Origin: Bacteroidia bacterium
GTDB lineage: Bacteria > Bacteroidota > Bacteroidia > Bacteroidales > VadinHA17
Direction: 5' to 3'
Assembly: GCA_026391215.1 (NCBI GenBank)
Contig: JAPLDX010000056.1
Location: 44,827 to 108,826 of the forward strand
DNA: 64,000 bases
Under the pieces are notes generated by a model. The model was not told the origin of the DNA. It worked only from the letters and a program-made list of their open reading frames with translations, and ran no database searches. The position numbers and the translations under genes are program-made. This document shows, piece after piece, positions 1 to 9,832 of the stretch; position 1 is the stretch's first letter, and every line of letters starts with the position of its first letter.

Positions 1-1440
1 AACTCCAAGAATATACTTTTGTTCCTCTTGAGAAAGCTCCCCCGGCATGGGATTATATGAATAGACCTTCTCAAGGGGAAGATAACCTCCTATCGCAAGG
101 GGTTCTCCCTGAGGCTCGCACTGGTAATAATCGATATAAACATATGTAGATGGCGTCATGATCACATCATGTTTTTGTCGTGCTGCTGCAATGCCTCCCG
201 TGGTTCCCCTCCATGACATTACAGTTGCCTCCGGGGCCAATCCTCCCTCAAGGATTTCATCCCACCCTATTATCCTGCGTCCTTTTGAAGCAACAAACTT
301 TTCAATCCTTTGTACAAAATAGCTCTGAAGCTCACTTTCATTCTTTAATCCCTCATCCTTTATTCTTTTCTGGCAAAGAGGACATTTTTCCCAACGGGTC
401 TTTGGACATTCGTCACCTCCGATATGAATATATTCCGATGGGAAGAGTTCAATAACTTCAGTAAGAACATCCTGCAAAAAATTGAATGTCTCCTCTTTTC
501 CTGCACAGTACACATCATCAAAGACACCCCATCTGGTCTGGACTTCATAGGGCCCCTTTGTACAGCCCAGATTGGGATATGATGCAAGAGCTGCCATAGC
601 ATGCCCAGGCATTTCTATCTCAGGTATCACTGTAATGAATTTCGATGCAGCATATGCTATAATTTCCTTAACCTCATCCTGTGTATAAAATCCGCCGTAA
701 GGTTTTCCGTCATAAGTAAAAGGCTTTTTACCACCATGACCGATAAGCGTCTCCTTGCGGAAAGCTCCGGTTTCAGTGAGATTGGGGTATTTCTTTATTT
801 CGATCCTCCATCCCTGATCTTCAGTGAGATGCCAGTGAAATGTATTCATCTTGTGGAGAGCAATCATGTCGATATACCTTTTTATATATGCTACCGGGAA
901 CATATGACGCCCAACATCAAGATGCATGCCCCTGTAACCAAATCTGGGTTCATCCTTTATTGCACAGGCGGGGACAGAAAGGACCAATCCCTCAACTACT
1001 AATGGACTTTCAACCTCAACCGGCATCAGCTGCCTTATTGTCTGAACTGCATAAAACAGTCCGACAGCAGATTTTGCCCTGACCACAATCTTTTTAGGTG
1101 TCACTGTCAACTCATATCCTTCATCATTATTAATTGCAGAATCGAGGGTCATAAAAACCGAACCTTTTACGGGCTTGCTCCCTTCCTCAACTGACAGGTC
1201 AATTCCTGTTGGATTTCTAACAAAATCAGCCAGACAATCAGCAGCAAGCCTGGTCTCACTATCAAGAACCGAAAGGATGATTTTGCTTTTCCCGGAAAAA
1301 ATAAAATCTCCGTTCATCTCAGTAATGGAAACGGGCGCCGGAATAATGGCAAGAGCTTTTCCGGTAAACGGCGCATTTCCTGATTTGCATCCTCCGATCA
1401 TTAATATAAGCCCCATAATGAAATAAAGTGTCTTTTTCAT
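1..1440 (-). CDS. GH20 beta-N-acetylhexosaminidase lipoprotein; start codon in window, 3' end runs off the window
   Basis: Absent from the ORF track because no stop lies in the window. My reverse-strand translation from the ATG at 1440 gives MKKTLYFIMGLILMIGGC (signal plus lipobox), then KDEPRFGYRGMHLDVGRH, HWHLTEDQGWRIEIKKYP, IPEIEMPGHA and HIGGDECPK, which are typical GH20 catalytic-domain motifs. Confidence 0.85.
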   Translation of the reverse strand, partial: MKKTLYFIMGLILMIGGCKSGNAPFTGKALAIIPAPVSITEMNGDFIFSGKSKIILSVLDSETRLAADCLADFVRNPTGIDLSVEEGSKPVKGSVFMTLDSAINNDEGYELTVTPKKIVVRAKSAVGLFYAVQTIRQLMPVEVESPLVVEGLVLSVPACAIKDEPRFGYRGMHLDVGRHMFPVAYIKRYIDMIALHKMNTFHWHLTEDQGWRIEIKKYPNLTETGAFRKETLIGHGGKKPFTYDGKPYGGFYTQDEVKEIIAYAASKFITVIPEIEMPGHAMAALASYPNLGCTKGPYEVQTRWGVFDDVYCAGKEETFNFLQDVLTEVIELFPSEYIHIGGDECPKTRWEKCPLCQKRIKDEGLKNESELQSYFVQRIEKFVASKGRRIIGWDEILEGGLAPEATVMSWRGTTGGIAAARQKHDVIMTPSTYVYIDYYQCEPQGEPLAIGGYLPLEKVYSYNPMPGELSQEEQKYILGV

Positions 1441-1516
1441 GAATATCAGTTTTTGATGAATAAGTGTTTTAAAGTTAATAAACATTTTCATCATCTCCAT
1501 GCCGATTGCATATCAG

Positions 1517-2533
1517 CTACTTCAGCCCTGATGCAAGAAGTCCGCACGCAGCTGAAATATCAGTTCCCCTTGATCTTCTGATTGATGCTGATATTCCCGA
1601 GATTACCAGCTCATGCTTAAAAAATAGCATCCTGTCGTCTGAAGACGAAGAGTTATTATCATCATTTACAGGATGATATGGCATCAGGTTGACCCTGATA
1701 CCCGATCCTCCCAGAATTTTTCTTAATCCTTCCAGATGTCTGACCGTATCATTGATATCATTTATCATCACATATGCTACGCTGAATCGCCTTTTCTTCT
1801 TCACTGTAAAATCCTTCATTATCCTTATGATCTCATGAACAGGGTATGAGGATTCAGCCGGGACAATTCTGATCCTTTCCTCTTCAAAAGGAGAATAGAG
1901 ACTAATCGTAAGGTTGCATTCCGATCTGTTCAGAAATTCTTTGATCGCGGGAGTGATCCCTACTGATGAGACCGTAATATTGCGGGGGCTAAATGACATG
2001 CCCCATTCGGATGTCATTATCTTGCAGGCCTTAAGGACATTCTCAAGGTTATCCATCGGTTCCCCCATTCCCATAAAAACAACATGGGTTACATTGCCGG
2101 CATCAGGAATACTGAGCACCTGATTTACAATATCTCCCGAAGAGAGGTTCCCATGAAAACCATATTTTGCAGTAACACAAAAAGGGCACCCCATCCTGCA
2201 ACCTGATTGTGTTGATATACAGATAGTTCTTCTCTTAACATCAGGGATCCAGACTGATTCAAATTTCTTTCCCTCAGGAGAAATGAAAAGATATTTTATT
2301 GATTTGTCAGCAGATACTTCAGATGTTGCAGGACCGTAGAATCCTGTCACAGCAATATCATCCAGGTAAACCTTGAGGCTTTTTGGTACCCCTCCTATTT
2401 GAGAAACATCAGCAATACGTTTCTTATATATGCTCGTGGCCACTTTAACAGCCTGGTTGTAATTATATCCTTCAGCTTGTACTAGCCCGTATATCTCATC
2501 AGGAGTCAGTCCGCAAAGGTTTTCTTTAATCAT
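1517..2533 (-). CDS. rlmN: RlmN/Cfr-family radical SAM 23S rRNA A2503 methyltransferase
   Basis: 338 aa. Radical SAM motif CRMGCPFC, upstream Cys in TICISTQSGC, MGMGEP, and C-terminal RGTDISAACGLLA (compare RlmN RGDDIDAACGQLA). Confidence 0.8.
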   Translation of the reverse strand: MIKENLCGLTPDEIYGLVQAEGYNYNQAVKVATSIYKKRIADVSQIGGVPKSLKVYLDDIAVTGFYGPATSEVSADKSIKYLFISPEGKKFESVWIPDVKRRTICISTQSGCRMGCPFCVTAKYGFHGNLSSGDIVNQVLSIPDAGNVTHVVFMGMGEPMDNLENVLKACKIMTSEWGMSFSPRNITVSSVGITPAIKEFLNRSECNLTISLYSPFEEERIRIVPAESSYPVHEIIRIMKDFTVKKKRRFSVAYVMINDINDTVRHLEGLRKILGGSGIRVNLMPYHPVNDDNNSSSSDDRMLFFKHELVISGISASIRRSRGTDISAACGLLASGLK

Positions 2534-2623
2534 AATAAGTATCTGAATACAAAAATAACCCGATTATCAATATCTTAGTATCTGGTTTTATTATTTACAA
2601 GCGAAGTAATATCATCATCAGAA

Positions 2624-3703
2624 ATGCAAAGCTGGGATTCTCTTTATATATACTATCTTTCAGGAACCGGAAACACCCGCATCTCCTCACAATGGATTGC
2701 AGAGGAGGCTGGAAAGAGAGGTCTCAGGACAGTTGTACAGCAGATTGACCGGCTGGAGAATATTGTCATGCCGTCACCTGACGAAAAGCCTTTAATAGGT
2801 TTTGCATTCCCGACCCATGGATTTAATGCAGCTCCGATAATGCTTAAATTCATGGCAGGATTTCCTCCTCACCTTTGTAGTAAGATATTCCTCCTGAATA
2901 CCCGCGGGTGCCTCAAACTCTACAAAATATTCGTACCGGGATTTAGTGGATTGGCACTTATATTACCGGCTTTCATGCTCTGGATGAAGGGGTATAAGTG
3001 CATTGGGATCAGATCTATAGACATGCCATCCAACTGGATGCCCCTTCATCCCGGGCTCAGGGAAAAAGTTATTGAATCAATTATTCACAAGGCGGAGCCG
3101 ATTATCAGAATATATGCAAATAAAATACTCTCGGGGCAAAAGGTCTGGAGAGGCCTCTACAGTCTTCCTGCTGATCTCCTGATCAGCCCGATTTCTGTAG
3201 CATATTATATCGGAGGGAGATTCTTCCTCTCTAAGACATTCATTGCAAATAACAAATGCAATAATTGCATGATATGCATTAAGGAGTGCCCGACAGCTTC
3301 GATAAAATTAGTAGGGAACAGGCCTTACTGGAAGCTTACCTGTGAAAGCTGCATGAGATGTCTTAATCATTGCCCGCTGAAAGCTATTGAAGCTGCTCAC
3401 GGCATGGCAACTGCTTTTATGATAATCATGAGCGCAGTAAATACATGGCTGATATTATTTATGGTACAAGCCCTCAATATTGAGCCTGAAGCATGGTGGT
3501 GGAAAATACTCACGCAATTTATTTCAATAGCAGTAATGATATCAGTAGCAGCGGTCCTGTATCTGATAATGCACTATGCAATGGGATTCAAGCCTATAAA
3601 TTATCTTGTAAGGTTCACATCTCTTACAACACTGCCTTTCTGGAGAAGATATAAATTTCTCAAGAAGAGAAAGGAAAATACTACAGTACCATGTGAAAAA
3701 TAA
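2624..3703 (+). CDS. EFR1-type flavodoxin-like / 2x[4Fe-4S] ferredoxin protein with C-terminal TM helices
   Basis: N-terminal YYLSGTGNT flavodoxin-like motif, two ferredoxin motifs (CNNCMICIKECP and CESCMRCLNHCP), and a hydrophobic C-terminal third. Confidence 0.6.
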   Translation: MQSWDSLYIYYLSGTGNTRISSQWIAEEAGKRGLRTVVQQIDRLENIVMPSPDEKPLIGFAFPTHGFNAAPIMLKFMAGFPPHLCSKIFLLNTRGCLKLYKIFVPGFSGLALILPAFMLWMKGYKCIGIRSIDMPSNWMPLHPGLREKVIESIIHKAEPIIRIYANKILSGQKVWRGLYSLPADLLISPISVAYYIGGRFFLSKTFIANNKCNNCMICIKECPTASIKLVGNRPYWKLTCESCMRCLNHCPLKAIEAAHGMATAFMIIMSAVNTWLILFMVQALNIEPEAWWWKILTQFISIAVMISVAAVLYLIMHYAMGFKPINYLVRFTSLTTLPFWRRYKFLKKRKENTTVPCEK

Positions 3704-3720
3704 TTCAAAACTTAAATAAA

Positions 3721-4962
3721 ATGAACCGGATAACAATTTTACTAATATTTTCTCTTCTTGTGATTGCCTGCGGCAGCAGGGATAAAGGAAAAATTGATAA
3801 AAACTTAAATACCATGATAACAGACAGCACAAAGCAATACGGTTATAACAGGGATTTCCTGAAGAAACATGTAAATATTATTGAGCTGAAATCCGGCAAA
3901 TCCGCAATTGTCCTGATACCTGCCTGGCAGGGAAGAGTAATGACAAGCACAGCTGAAGGCGACCATGGCTTCAGTTTCGGATGGATCAACCGCGATCTGA
4001 TTGCATCAGGGAATATACAGCCTCACATCAATGCTTTTGGCGGAGAAGAGAGATTATGGCTTGGGCCTGAGGGGGGACAGTTTTCCCTGTTTTTTAAAAA
4101 AGGGACCCGGTTTGTCTACGATGACTGGCAAACCCCAGCTTATATGGATACAGATCCGTTTGAAATTATGAGCCAGACAGATTCTTCAGCATTGTTCGCC
4201 TGTTCTGTTGGAACAGAGAATTATGGCGGAACTCAGCTTAAATTCAGGATTGAAAGAAATGTCATTATTCTTTCAGCAGAAGAGATCATGAAACAAACAG
4301 GAATTGACATAACCGGGATTAATGGTGTTGCCTACAGGTCAGACAATAAAATAACAAATACAGGAGATAATGAGTGGATAAAGCAAACCGGCCTTATATC
4401 TGTCTGGATGCTTGGGATGTTTAATCCCTCGCCTGCTGTTGTGGTTGTTATCCCAAATAAACCCGGAAATGAAGAGATAATGGGACCTCTGGTCAATGAT
4501 GATTATTTCGGGAAGATCTCAGCAGACCGGCTTAAGGTCTCAGAAAATCATATTTATTTCAGAGCCGACGGCAAGAGCAGGGGAAAAATAGGGCTTCCTC
4601 CGCTAAGAGCAACAGGAACTATGGGCAGCTTTGATTCCGATAACAATATTCTTACCCTGCTTATCTGCAGGATGCCTGAAGGGAAAACAGAATATGTCAA
4701 TTCAGCATGGCAGATACAGGATGATCCTTATTCAGGAGATGCGCTTAACTCGTATAATGATGGCCCTCTTGAAGATGGTTCACAGATGGGACCATTCTAT
4801 GAACTGGAAACCTCCTCCCCTGCGGCAGCCCTGAAGGCAGGTGAAGAACTCACTCATGTCCAATATACTTTACATCTGACCGGCGACAGAAGAATCCTTG
4901 ACAATATATCCCAAAAGATATTAGGAGTTTCTCTGGATGAAATAGAGAATTCGTTCAATTAG
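3721..4962 (+). CDS. Conserved hypothetical lipoprotein, function unknown
   Basis: 413-aa ORF with signal peptide and lipobox (LLVIACGS). I recognise no catalytic motif. Confidence 0.55.
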   Translation: MNRITILLIFSLLVIACGSRDKGKIDKNLNTMITDSTKQYGYNRDFLKKHVNIIELKSGKSAIVLIPAWQGRVMTSTAEGDHGFSFGWINRDLIASGNIQPHINAFGGEERLWLGPEGGQFSLFFKKGTRFVYDDWQTPAYMDTDPFEIMSQTDSSALFACSVGTENYGGTQLKFRIERNVIILSAEEIMKQTGIDITGINGVAYRSDNKITNTGDNEWIKQTGLISVWMLGMFNPSPAVVVVIPNKPGNEEIMGPLVNDDYFGKISADRLKVSENHIYFRADGKSRGKIGLPPLRATGTMGSFDSDNNILTLLICRMPEGKTEYVNSAWQIQDDPYSGDALNSYNDGPLEDGSQMGPFYELETSSPAAALKAGEELTHVQYTLHLTGDRRILDNISQKILGVSLDEIENSFN

Positions 4963-7063
4963 GCATTAGTCCCTTGTTCTTGAGCAGCGGCTCAATAACT
5001 GGTTCACGCCCTCTGAAATTAACGTACATCTCTATAGGATCCATGATGCCGTTCTTCGCCAGGATATTTGTCCTGTAGGATTCTGCAGTAGTCTTATCGA
5101 AGATCCCCTTTTCCTTGAATGCCTCAAAAGCATCGTTATCAAGGACGGCAGCCCAGGTATAACTATAATAACCGGAATCATAACCATCCATGATATGAGT
5201 GAAATAAGTGCTCCTGTAACGTGAAATTATTTCAGGGATCAATCCGATTTTCGTGAGGTACTCCGTTTCAAACTTTTGAATATCAACAACAGCCGGGGCT
5301 TCAAGGGTATGATAAGCCATATCAAGCATTGAAGCAGCAAGAATCTCAACATTATCAAATCCCTGGTTAAAGTAACCGCTATTCCTTATTTTCCTGACAA
5401 GAGAAGCAGGTATCACTTCACCTGTCTGATAATGCCTTGCGTAAATGTTCAACATCTCTGGCTCGGTAGCCCAGTGTTCCATCAGCTGAGACGGAAGTTC
5501 GACAAAGTCCCATGCCACGAAAGTCTGGTTGTAGGTATTTCTGTTAAACATGGCATCCAGCGCATGACCGAATTCATGAAAGAGTGTTGAGACTTCTTCC
5601 AGGCTCAGAAGAGATGGTGCATCTCCGCTTTCAGGAGTAAAATTGAAGACTGTCGTTGCAATCGGAGTTATAGTTTTGCCATCGAGGATATGATGGGTGC
5701 GGTATGTTATGCACCAGGCTCCCTGCCGTTTGCTATCTCTCGGGAAGAAATCCATATACAGCACTCCTATATGGGAGCCGTCAGCATCCTTAACCTCAAA
5801 AGCCTGTGCATCAGGATGAGGTAATGGACAATCTGTCAAAGGATTAAAGACAATCCCGAAAAGCTTGTTGGCGCAGGTAAAAACACCTTCACGCACATTC
5901 TCAAGCTTAAAGTAAGGCCTTAACTCAGCATCATTAAGATTATATTTCTGTTTTCTTAGCTTCTCTGCATAGTACCACCAGTCTGAAGGTTCGAGCTTGA
6001 AATTGCCTCCCTCCTTGTCAATGATTCTCTGCATCTCCTTCAACTCATTTTTTGCAACAGGGACAGCTTTTTCCCAGAGGTTATTAAGAAGACTATATAC
6101 ATTCTCAGGTACTTTGGCCATTCTTGGTTCGAGTACTGTATGGGAATGCGTTTTATATCCAAGGACCTTTGCCCTCTCTGCTCTAAGCCTCACAATGTCT
6201 GAAAGCAGCTTATTGTTATCAAATTCGTTCCCGTTATTGCATCGGGTTATGTATGCGCTGTACAATTTTTGACGAAGCTCCCTTATATCTGAATAAGTCA
6301 GAAAAGGGAAAATGCTTGGCCGTTGAGTTGTGAAAACAAATAATCCTTCGCTTCCTTCTGCTTTTGCTACTTCTGCAGCTGCAGACATTACTGATTCTGG
6401 TAATCCTGAAAGACCATTACTGTCAACACGAAACCTGATGTTGTTCGTTTCATCCAGGACATTCTGACTGTATTTTACTGTAAGCACAGAGAGCTCCTGA
6501 TTAATCTTTTTCAGAGTATCCTGGTCCTGTTTGTTAAGATTTGCCCCATTCCTTACAAATCCTTTATAAAGATTTTCGAGGATGTACTTCTGTTCTGAAT
6601 CCAGGTTATATTTTGCCTGATTATCATATACATATTTTACTTTCCTGAAGAGATCAGGATTAAGTCTTATCTCATCATTGTAAGCAGATAATTTCGGAGA
6701 AATATCAACCTCAATGCTTTGCAGGGAATCACTGGTATTTGCATTAGCCTGACCATAAAATACCTGTGATACAGTTGTAAGGAGTTCACCGGTTTTATCC
6801 AGGGCTTCAATTGTATTTGAGAATGTCGGTTCTTCCTTATTGTTTATGATTTTTTCAATCTCTATTCTTCCTTCTGTCATCCCTTTTTCAAAAGCCGGTA
6901 TATAATGCCTGGCCATTATTCTTTCAAAGGGCGGAATATTATAAGGAGTATTGAACTCGCTGAAGAACGGGTTGGTTTTATCAACCTCAGGTTCATTTTT
7001 ACATGAAGATATTGCCATTACAAATAAAGCTGTGATAATGAATAATTTAACAAATTTTTTCAC
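4955..7063 (-). CDS. dcp: M3-family peptidyl-dipeptidase (Dcp-like zinc metallopeptidase), lipoprotein
   Basis: 702 aa. HEFGHALD zinc motif, M3 length and layout, N-terminal signal with Cys (AISSC). Confidence 0.85.
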   Translation of the reverse strand: MKKFVKLFIITALFVMAISSCKNEPEVDKTNPFFSEFNTPYNIPPFERIMARHYIPAFEKGMTEGRIEIEKIINNKEEPTFSNTIEALDKTGELLTTVSQVFYGQANANTSDSLQSIEVDISPKLSAYNDEIRLNPDLFRKVKYVYDNQAKYNLDSEQKYILENLYKGFVRNGANLNKQDQDTLKKINQELSVLTVKYSQNVLDETNNIRFRVDSNGLSGLPESVMSAAAEVAKAEGSEGLFVFTTQRPSIFPFLTYSDIRELRQKLYSAYITRCNNGNEFDNNKLLSDIVRLRAERAKVLGYKTHSHTVLEPRMAKVPENVYSLLNNLWEKAVPVAKNELKEMQRIIDKEGGNFKLEPSDWWYYAEKLRKQKYNLNDAELRPYFKLENVREGVFTCANKLFGIVFNPLTDCPLPHPDAQAFEVKDADGSHIGVLYMDFFPRDSKRQGAWCITYRTHHILDGKTITPIATTVFNFTPESGDAPSLLSLEEVSTLFHEFGHALDAMFNRNTYNQTFVAWDFVELPSQLMEHWATEPEMLNIYARHYQTGEVIPASLVRKIRNSGYFNQGFDNVEILAASMLDMAYHTLEAPAVVDIQKFETEYLTKIGLIPEIISRYRSTYFTHIMDGYDSGYYSYTWAAVLDNDAFEAFKEKGIFDKTTAESYRTNILAKNGIMDPIEMYVNFRGREPVIEPLLKNKGLMPN

Positions 7064-7202
7064 GGTAAATGATTTTCGTTTAGAAATGGGGAAGTTGATT
7101 TTTCTACTAAGGTAGAATTTTCTCTATAAATTTCTGTAAGCAAAAAAGAAATTTAGTATATTAGCATGTGCTACATTTTTAAAGGAATAAATATTTACTT
7201 AA

Positions 7203-7985
7203 ATGAAAAAATCGCTGCTGTTATCATTTACAGTTGTGTTATCCTTTTTATTATCACTCAGTTTTAATATTGAGGGTCAGACTGTAGTATTCTCAGAAAA
7301 TTTCTCAGGTTTCTCCAACGGTACACATGCTTCTCAATCTTCGTATGATTATTCGGGTGTTCTTGACACAAAAACCCAGCTGCCCGGATGGACAGGATAT
7401 AAGGTCTATTCAGCGGGCGGAGAGATCAAGCTGGGTACTTCAGATGTACCCGGATGGATTGAGACTCCGTCAATTGATTTGTCGGGATATGAAGGAGATG
7501 TTTTCATTGAATTTGATATTTCAAGATGGCCGGATGATGCTGCAATTGTACAGGTTTCACTTAACGGCTTTCCGCTTGGTAATACAATTGCTCCTGCCGA
7601 TGAATTCCAGACTGTAGAAATACTGCTTACTGAGGAAATCACTTCAGCAAAGATAAAATTTGAATCTCTCGCGAAAAGGTTCTTCCTTGATAATGTCCGG
7701 GTTGTTGCTCAGAATGCCACATCTGCCGGCAATAATTATAAATTTGAATCCCGGATAAAAGTGTACCCGAACCCTGCCGGTGATTTAATCAATATCGACA
7801 ATTTGAATGGAATAAGCAGGTTAGAGATTATTAACTTAAACGGAAGAGTAATGGAAGCGATTGACCTTTCAGATACAGAAAAGGTTGATCTGGCTTTGAA
7901 CGACTTTCCGCCGGGCATTTATTTAATAAGATTTTTCACCGGCAGGAGTTCTTTTACAACAAGGTTTGTAAAATATAAAAAGTAA
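7203..7985 (+). CDS. Secreted protein with T9SS C-terminal sorting domain
   Basis: Signal peptide. The C-terminal ~80 aa begin KVYPNPAGDLINI, the typical Por/T9SS type-A CTD signature. Confidence 0.75.
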   Translation: MKKSLLLSFTVVLSFLLSLSFNIEGQTVVFSENFSGFSNGTHASQSSYDYSGVLDTKTQLPGWTGYKVYSAGGEIKLGTSDVPGWIETPSIDLSGYEGDVFIEFDISRWPDDAAIVQVSLNGFPLGNTIAPADEFQTVEILLTEEITSAKIKFESLAKRFFLDNVRVVAQNATSAGNNYKFESRIKVYPNPAGDLINIDNLNGISRLEIINLNGRVMEAIDLSDTEKVDLALNDFPPGIYLIRFFTGRSSFTTRFVKYKK

Positions 7986-8098
7986 TTGGGGAGAAAACAA
8001 TCTCTTTTTTTCTGCAGACCGTAATTCTTTAAAGAAAATTGCCCAAATTTGCGCAGGTCCGTCTTCGTCCCGAGGACTCGGGGCTTCGGTGGATAAAT

Positions 8099-8187
8099 GG
8101 AGAGATGGCAGAGCGGTCGAATGCGGCGGTCTCGAAAACCGTTGTCCTGCTTACGCGGGACCGGGGGTTCGAATCCCCCTCTCTCCG
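8099..8187 (+). tRNA. tRNA-Ser (anticodon CGA)
   Basis: Hand-folded cloverleaf: acceptor GGAGAGA/TCTCTCC, anticodon loop CTCGAAA, long variable arm, T-arm GGGGG-TTCGAAT-CCCCC, discriminator G. CCA is not encoded. Confidence 0.9.
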
Positions 8188-8360
8188 CAAAACTTTAATG
8201 AACCCCGCGAACGCGGGGTTGTTTATTTGACCGAAGCCCCATTAAAAGCTTGCTTTTATAAGGGGCTGAAGGGAAAATAAATAGACTCGTAAGGGTTCAT
8301 TAAAACTTTGCTGGTATCCACCAGGGGATCACACCTGAACGGAGTGAGGGTGTAATCCCC
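8187..8360 (+). repeat. tRNA-Ser-linked GC-rich multi-hairpin element, copy A
   Basis: 19-nt arms at 8187-8205 and 8293-8311 pair at 17/19 positions and enclose hairpins at 8201-8220 and 8236-8266. A further hairpin lies at 8324-8360. The same architecture occurs at 36946-37114. Degenerate related hairpins continue to about 8480. Confidence 0.6.
8201..8228 (+). terminator. Intrinsic terminator-like hairpin after tRNA-Ser(CGA)
   Basis: AACCCCGCG-AA-CGCGGGGTT followed by GTTTATTT. Confidence 0.6.
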
Positions 8361-8599
8361 TTTTTATATTACGCCCCTTCAGGGCTAACAATCATTTATT
8401 AGCCTCCTGCCACCGGCGGTTGCCGGTGGTTATTCAAATTATGCCCTTTCAGGGCTTATTGTATTTTGGTTTTGCCAGCCTTCTCCATAGGATCGTGAGC
8501 CCCGGATGGTACCTCTTTTTTCAACATTTTATCAGAGTGGCTCCTTAGTTTAGAATAGCTTGTTATCTTCGTAAATTAATGTAATAAATAATCTAAAGC

Positions 8600-9832
8600 A
8601 TGGGACTCAGAGGCCGGCTTATCATAATGAACTTCCTCCAGTTCTTTATCTGGGGATCGTGGTTGCTAACCATCGGGGCATATTGGTTTCAGAACAAAAA
8701 CTGGTCAGGAACCGATTTCGGAGCTATCTTTTCAACAATGGGACTGGCTTCACTCTTCATGCCGGCCATTGCCGGGATCATTGCCGACAGGTGGGTCAAT
8801 GCCGAAAGGGTGTATGGCATCTTTCACATTGCAGGTGCCGTCCTGCTTACACTAATTCCGTCCATCACTAATCCTGACACCTTTTTCTGGATTCTGCTGC
8901 TTACGATGATGTTCTACATGCCCACCCTGGCTCTGGCTATCACGGTGGCATACAGCTCTATGAAAAAGAGTGGTATGGATATAATAAAGGATTACCCGCC
9001 GGTGAGGGTCTGGGGTACGATCGGCTTCATAGTGGCGCTGTGGGTGGTAAGCCTGCTGGGCTTTGAAACCTCACCCTTGCAGTTCTATGTTGCGGCTGCC
9101 GCCTCTCTCCTGCTTGGTCTCTATGCCTTTACCCTCCCAAAGTGTCCGCCACTGGGCAGGGGACACAAGAAGAAACTGGCAGAAGAGCTGGGTCTCAATG
9201 CCTTCAGACTTTTCAAAAGTTCCAAAATGGCCATCTTTTTCATCTTCGCCATGCTCCTGGGCGGTGCTCTGCAGCTGACCAACGCCTACGGCGACACTTT
9301 TCTGCACGATTTTGCAGACATACCGGAGTATAAAGACCTTCTTGCCGTAAGGTATCCAGCCATAATAATGTCAGTCTCACAGATCTCCGAAACCCTCTTC
9401 ATTCTTACCATTCCCTTTTTCCTGAAAAAATTCGGGATAAAGAAGGTGATGCTGATGAGCATGGTGGCTTGGATTCTCCGTTTCGGCCTGTTCGGATTCG
9501 GAAATCCCGCCGAAGGGCTCTGGCTGATCATCCTCTCATGCATCATTTACGGTATGGCCTTTGATTTCTTCAATATCTCGGGTTCCCTCTTCGTTGAGAC
9601 CCAGTGTACTCCTGACATACGTGCCAGCGGCCAGGGCCTGTTCATGATGATGACTAACGGCTTCGGTGCTTTCCTTGGCAGCAGGATAAGCGGGATCGTG
9701 ATTGACAAATACTTTACCCTGGGAGGCGGCGTATTCGACTGGAAGGGGATCTGGTTCACCTTTGCGGGTTATGCCCTGGTGGTGGTAATCCTCTTCGTCA
9801 TACTCTTCAGGCATAAGCATGTTCAGAAGTAA
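8600..9832 (+). CDS. MFS nucleoside:H+ symporter (NupG/XapB-like nucleoside permease)
   Basis: 410 aa with about 12 TM segments. The N-terminus NFLQFFIWGSWL is typical of the nucleoside permease family as I recall it. Confidence 0.7.
   Translation: MGLRGRLIIMNFLQFFIWGSWLLTIGAYWFQNKNWSGTDFGAIFSTMGLASLFMPAIAGIIADRWVNAERVYGIFHIAGAVLLTLIPSITNPDTFFWILLLTMMFYMPTLALAITVAYSSMKKSGMDIIKDYPPVRVWGTIGFIVALWVVSLLGFETSPLQFYVAAAASLLLGLYAFTLPKCPPLGRGHKKKLAEELGLNAFRLFKSSKMAIFFIFAMLLGGALQLTNAYGDTFLHDFADIPEYKDLLAVRYPAIIMSVSQISETLFILTIPFFLKKFGIKKVMLMSMVAWILRFGLFGFGNPAEGLWLIILSCIIYGMAFDFFNISGSLFVETQCTPDIRASGQGLFMMMTNGFGAFLGSRISGIVIDKYFTLGGGVFDWKGIWFTFAGYALVVVILFVILFRHKHVQK

Noticed and set aside
1517-2533. Possibility that the RlmN-like gene is a Cfr-type resistance methyltransferase
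   Set aside because: RlmN and Cfr share all the motifs visible here. Telling them apart needs a phylogeny or HMM comparison. A single-copy gene in a housekeeping context favours RlmN.
8039-8280. Two 63-aa ORFs (8039-8230 and 8089-8280)
   Set aside because: They run straight through tRNA-Ser(CGA), its terminator and the GC-rich hairpins. The open frames are a by-product of GC-rich structured sequence.
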